Source: a virus
Lineage: Duplodnaviria > Caudoviricetes
Virus record (IMG/VR): IMGVR_UViG_3300031463_000009
Span: 1 to 57,961 of that record
Length of the DNA stretch: 57,961 nt
Reading direction: 5' to 3' (one strand)
The translations under genes and the position numbers were made by a program. Positions 54,099 to 57,961 of this stretch are shown here, piece by piece. The notes under the pieces were generated by a model that saw only the letters and a list, made by a program, of their open reading frames with translations, was not told the origin of the DNA and did no database searches. Each line of letters starts with the position of its first letter. Position 1 is the first letter of the stretch.

Positions 54099-54668
54099 AT
54101 GGAGGATACCTATATAGTAGTGTTGAAAGACCCAACAAAGACTCCTATTGCTGAATATTGCCCTGCAGTACGGGTTGCTGAGCGCTGGCATCAGGTTGAT
54201 ATAGCTGGTCAATGGAGAGACCCTGGATATACATTTAAGGTTAATCCAGAGTCTAAACCAAGATATTTAAAAGATTTGATCAGACTAGGTCTGGTAGAAC
54301 TAGTGAATACAGATTCGGAGGAAATAATGTCTTGGGTGGTAACTAACAAATCTAGGTTTAATGTCGCTTTCGAAGGTAAGTATCTTAAGCCTAATGAATC
54401 TGTGCACCTGACAGAGCTTACCGAGCCTATTATGAGGCTTATTAACGCCGGCAAACTTGTTTGCTCTTCTTCCAAAGAGTTAAGCACTGAGTATTTCTTT
54501 GAAACCGCACCTTTCACAGTTGGGTTTGTTCCAGTAATTGATCTAAAAGAACTAAACCATGATCAACTGACGGCATTTTTGACTGATTATGATATAAAGT
54601 TTGATCCAACTATGTCAATTGAACAGTTGCGAGAGTTGGCACTTTCGCATTTAGAGAAGGCGGCTTAA
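54099..54668 (+). CDS. Hypothetical head-associated protein with C-terminal HeH-like motif
   Basis: Ends 'LKEL..DQL..FL..Y.I......EQL.EL'; follows MCP. Confidence 0.55.
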   Translation: MEDTYIVVLKDPTKTPIAEYCPAVRVAERWHQVDIAGQWRDPGYTFKVNPESKPRYLKDLIRLGLVELVNTDSEEIMSWVVTNKSRFNVAFEGKYLKPNESVHLTELTEPIMRLINAGKLVCSSSKELSTEYFFETAPFTVGFVPVIDLKELNHDQLTAFLTDYDIKFDPTMSIEQLRELALSHLEKAA

Positions 54669-54669
54669 A

Positions 54670-55452
54670 ATGACAAAGACTAGATTCAGACAGGATGAGT
54701 TGGCTTATTGGGATCTTTATTTCAAAGATAAAAACGGGAACTACGTTTGGCCTGAGAAATTTTCAGCTGATATTTATGACTCTGAGGGTAATCTTCAGAC
54801 CACTGTAGCAGAGAATGGTGATGTGAGCTACTCACAAAAAACCGATCCTAATGGTCACAAGTGTATCCACATAAGTAAAATACCAATCGATAATTACTCT
54901 GAGGGAGTTGTTACTATAAAATCCAAAGTAACTATTGATGGTCTTAGCAAAGAGGTAAGTGAGCCTGCGTTTGAGGTGTCATTTTATACACCTATAAACT
55001 CTATAGGTGTGGATTCTATGGTCAGAAAGGTCAGAAGGTTCCTTAGAGATCATAAGGAGCTTAATGAACTTCTGGGGGACTATGAATCCACAGATGAATC
55101 TATCAAAGAGGCTATCAGAGAAGCTATATCTGATTACAACACCGAGCCGCCTTTAATTGAATCGATTTCTCTGAATAGTTTTCCTTCAGGTGCTGATGGG
55201 ATATTAGTTTTAGGGGCATCTTATCACATACTTAATTCTGTCTTAAACTGGAGAGCCAGAGAAGGGCTTCCGTTTTCTGATGGTAAGATGAACATGGACC
55301 CAATAGGAGGTCCTGCAAACGCACAAAACAATAGATTACAGACACTCTATCAGATTTACAAGGATCGTCTAAGAAGATTTAAGATGCTTAGAAATATTGA
55401 TTCAATGTATGATTCTGTTGAGTGGCTATATGATACTTGGTTTTATTTTTAG
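54670..55452 (+). CDS. Probable head-tail adaptor/neck protein
   Basis: N-terminal Ig-like part, then 'VRRFLRD...N.L....E..DE.I..AI..AI..YN..PP'; position after MCP. Confidence 0.55.
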   Translation: MTKTRFRQDELAYWDLYFKDKNGNYVWPEKFSADIYDSEGNLQTTVAENGDVSYSQKTDPNGHKCIHISKIPIDNYSEGVVTIKSKVTIDGLSKEVSEPAFEVSFYTPINSIGVDSMVRKVRRFLRDHKELNELLGDYESTDESIKEAIREAISDYNTEPPLIESISLNSFPSGADGILVLGASYHILNSVLNWRAREGLPFSDGKMNMDPIGGPANAQNNRLQTLYQIYKDRLRRFKMLRNIDSMYDSVEWLYDTWFYF

Positions 55453-55468
55453 TAAAAAGGAGGTTAAC

Positions 55469-55792
55469 ATGGGTAACGAGAATACAATTAATAATGAGAA
55501 CCAGGAATTGACAGAGACTCAACCGGTAGAACAGACTCCTGAACCTTTGCCTGATTTAAGTATGTTTTCAGGAGATCAGGAACGAGAGGCGTTGGAAAAC
55601 GGTATTTTGAAGTATGGCGGGTTGCTAGATGCTGCAGACAAGGTGAGTGATATTCTTGCAGGATCAATACTTGGCCAAATTGATTCCAAAGCAGCTGAAG
55701 AACAGACCCTTGAGGATGTGGCTGCCCAACTTGGAGAGATGCTTGCTGTAAGCATTTACACAGATCTACTTTATGGCTCTCCGCAAGAATGA
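55469..55792 (+). CDS. Acidic scaffold-like protein
   Basis: AAGGAGG RBS before ATG 55469; 'LGEMLAVS' helix like 49810. Confidence 0.6.
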   Translation: MGNENTINNENQELTETQPVEQTPEPLPDLSMFSGDQEREALENGILKYGGLLDAADKVSDILAGSILGQIDSKAAEEQTLEDVAAQLGEMLAVSIYTDLLYGSPQE

Positions 55793-55998
55793 AAACAAAA
55801 GCGATTGTAAGTGACGAAAACGGGGACCTGTTAATATTTGAATTTGTGGTTCCTGAGTGTTCTTGCGCGCACACAAAAGAAAAGGGGCGTAAAGAATTTT
55901 TCAGACTGTTGGGCAATGAATATGCAGCTTTCTGTTCTCATTGTGGGAAAGAACTGATAAGAACTAAACCGATTGAGACAGCTAGTTCAACCTTATAA
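55789..55998 (+). CDS. Small Zn-ribbon protein
   Basis: CSC...CSHC; ATGA overlap. Confidence 0.6.
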   Translation: MKTKAIVSDENGDLLIFEFVVPECSCAHTKEKGRKEFFRLLGNEYAAFCSHCGKELIRTKPIETASSTL

Positions 55999-56025
55999 GG
56001 AATACGATTCTAGGGGCAATTATAG

Positions 56026-57771
56026 ATGACGTTAGAAAAACAAATAAGTTATTCTCAAGCAATTCTTAATCCAGAAACTGAACTGGAAAAGTTTGAGAAT
56101 AATTCAAAAATAAGGCTCAAACCTTTGAATAATCTTGGTGCACTTTGGCATTGTGACGATACTGATGGATATGTTTCTGGTGATTCAATTTATCCGATTT
56201 CAATTAAAGATGCCTGTTATGGTTTAAGACTTCACGCAGTAGGTGGATATACTTATACTCAAACAACAACAAAAAAGCTAGGGACAAGAGCGGTTGGAAG
56301 TTATCGTGGTGGGTTAGCTGGTCATCTACCAGCTAATATTTTACAAAACCCTCCTAAATCTTGGACTGTAGAACTATTTTTCAGATGGGATGATATATTA
56401 GCTACAGGCAATTATTTTTTATTCGGTCAATGGGATAATCTCAGAGATCAAGGAAAACTTTGGAGGCTAGCAGCTACTACTGATGCTACTGCTAATACTA
56501 TTACTGCTCTTATTTTTGAGATGTATGATAGCAATAATACTTTAAAGAGTTTTACTGTTACTTTAGGAACTCCGCTTCAGCCAAATACTTGGTATCATAT
56601 ATCAGCTAGTTATAATTCAGAGACAGGTATTGCTAATATATTTGTAGACGGAACAAGTATAGGTTCTCAAAATCTAGGCACAATGAGATCAAGCCCAAAT
56701 AAACAGGCATTGACTTTTCATTGTATAATTCAGAATGGGTCTTTAAATCAAGCATCAGTTTATAATTATAATTTTTATGATGAAATTTGTATTTGGAATT
56801 ATGCTCGCTCTGCGAATTTTACTCCACCTACTTCTCCAATTATCCCATTCAGTATAACTCATCCTACAGCAACTGTTATATTAGATAGCGGATATGTAGA
56901 CTCTAATTGGAATCTTAATTCTTTGTCATTTTTTGATGAGACCTATTGGAATTCAGGCAATCTTAAAATCAGAGGATCCGCGGGGAATACAGAACCTACA
57001 TTATCCGGGGACCCAATGACACTATCTGAGTTCAAAAACTATGGTTTTATGACTGGGCAGTATCTCAAACTAGAATTCACATTTATCTCTGACGGTAATC
57101 AGCAGGTAGAATTAACAGCAGGAGATATAGAGTTTAGTATTGCAGGACCGTCCAAACCCATATTAAGCAATTTTTCAAGGAATGGAGATACAGGGTCTTG
57201 CGAGGTTTCCGGGGTTGATGATGATACCATAGTTTATGCTTATTGCCGAAAAGATTTTGACCCACATTGCCCGAAGAGGCTTATAGGACAGCGCACTGGA
57301 AACGGGACAATCACTCTTGATTATTCTCAGTTTAAGATCAATCTTGGAGAAGCTTTAGGCAATGCAGACATATACTATCCGGGCAAGACATACCTCGTGG
57401 CATATAAAAACGGGCTCTGGAGCGCAGACTCCGATTATGCAGAGCCGACATTTTTTACATTTGACTCTCCGACAATTTCAAATTACAAACGCTCTGGCTC
57501 TACTGCTACATTCACGGTATCAGATATGACTGAGGGCATGAGGATGTTTGTAATGTGGACAAATGTCAACAACGTAATACAAGCGTTGTTGATTACTGCC
57601 GACGGAGATTATGAGATAACAGGATTAAACGAAGCATGGAGCTATACTTTCATTCCAATCCTTAATCCTGCTTCTGGCAAAATTGGATTTGCTCTTCCAT
57701 TTGGAGACACACCTGGGACTTTTTCGTCTGGAGGAACTAGTAGGTCAATGGTTCTTAACTTTAAAGTTTAG
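56026..57771 (+). CDS. LamG/concanavalin-like domain virion protein (fibre or decoration)
   Basis: 'WTVELFFR', 'NTWYHISASY...IFVDG', 'YDEICIWNYAR..NF.PP'; Thr/Ser/Gly-rich beta domains. Confidence 0.75.
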   Translation: MTLEKQISYSQAILNPETELEKFENNSKIRLKPLNNLGALWHCDDTDGYVSGDSIYPISIKDACYGLRLHAVGGYTYTQTTTKKLGTRAVGSYRGGLAGHLPANILQNPPKSWTVELFFRWDDILATGNYFLFGQWDNLRDQGKLWRLAATTDATANTITALIFEMYDSNNTLKSFTVTLGTPLQPNTWYHISASYNSETGIANIFVDGTSIGSQNLGTMRSSPNKQALTFHCIIQNGSLNQASVYNYNFYDEICIWNYARSANFTPPTSPIIPFSITHPTATVILDSGYVDSNWNLNSLSFFDETYWNSGNLKIRGSAGNTEPTLSGDPMTLSEFKNYGFMTGQYLKLEFTFISDGNQQVELTAGDIEFSIAGPSKPILSNFSRNGDTGSCEVSGVDDDTIVYAYCRKDFDPHCPKRLIGQRTGNGTITLDYSQFKINLGEALGNADIYYPGKTYLVAYKNGLWSADSDYAEPTFFTFDSPTISNYKRSGSTATFTVSDMTEGMRMFVMWTNVNNVIQALLITADGDYEITGLNEAWSYTFIPILNPASGKIGFALPFGDTPGTFSSGGTSRSMVLNFKV

Positions 57772-57779
57772 GGGGAAAT

Positions 57780-57961
57780 ATGTACACTATCAAAATGGGT
57801 TCAGCACCTAAAAAGTTAATATTTATGACTGGCACAGATCATATAACTGGTAAGACCGGTCTTACTTTGAGTGTGTTTATAAGTAAAAACGGTGGGCCAT
57901 TCACGCAAATAGATAGAACGGTTACAGAACTTGGTTTTGGTTGGTATTGTATTAACTTAAC
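57780..57961 (+). CDS. Virion structural protein (3'-truncated)
   Basis: MYTIKMG...DHITGKTGLTLSVFISKNGG...VTELGFGWY, open to window end. Confidence 0.6.
   Translation, partial: MYTIKMGSAPKKLIFMTGTDHITGKTGLTLSVFISKNGGPFTQIDRTVTELGFGWYCINL

Noticed and set aside
1-57961. tRNA/rRNA genes, introns, inteins, integrase, stop-codon recoding
   Set aside because: None recognised by eye. Core genes are uninterrupted and densely packed under the standard code. tRNAscan was not run.

Overview
The window is a ~58 kb slice of a large tailed bacteriophage genome (AT-rich, strong GGAGG ribosome-binding sites, peptidoglycan hydrolases). No host housekeeping genes, integrase, tRNA, rRNA or CRISPR array were seen. 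In order it holds: (1) the 3' part of a portal gene, a minus-strand accessory cluster and a glycosyltransferase-HD-terminase operon; (2) a replication/recombination module (SF2 helicase, family-4 UDG, DnaB-like helicase, DnaG primase, Zn-rich SSB, PolA, RecA, amidase, PD-(D/E)XK nuclease, RusA); (3) a single 2047-aa fused beta-beta' multisubunit-type RNA polymerase with a divergent active site; (4) a block of probable virion-core precursors; (5) convergent accessory clusters including a radical SAM enzyme; (6) a head module (prohead protease, acidic scaffold-like proteins, decoration protein, major capsid protein, adaptor, LamG protein). Two things stand out. First, about 20 late proteins carry acidic leaders or linkers ending in K-x-A/G. 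These include a tandem array with one near-identical 48-49 aa leader fused to different cargoes, two of which are acid-free, strongly cationic peptides. This suggests a protease-matured, leader-addressed capsid-cargo system. Second, a recurring non-sigma70 promoter-like motif (TGAAAA-N18-ATAA[A/C]) and hairpin-TTTTTTAGY terminators bound the accessory clusters and may be read by the phage RNAP. All functional calls come from motif recognition by eye; no searches were run.
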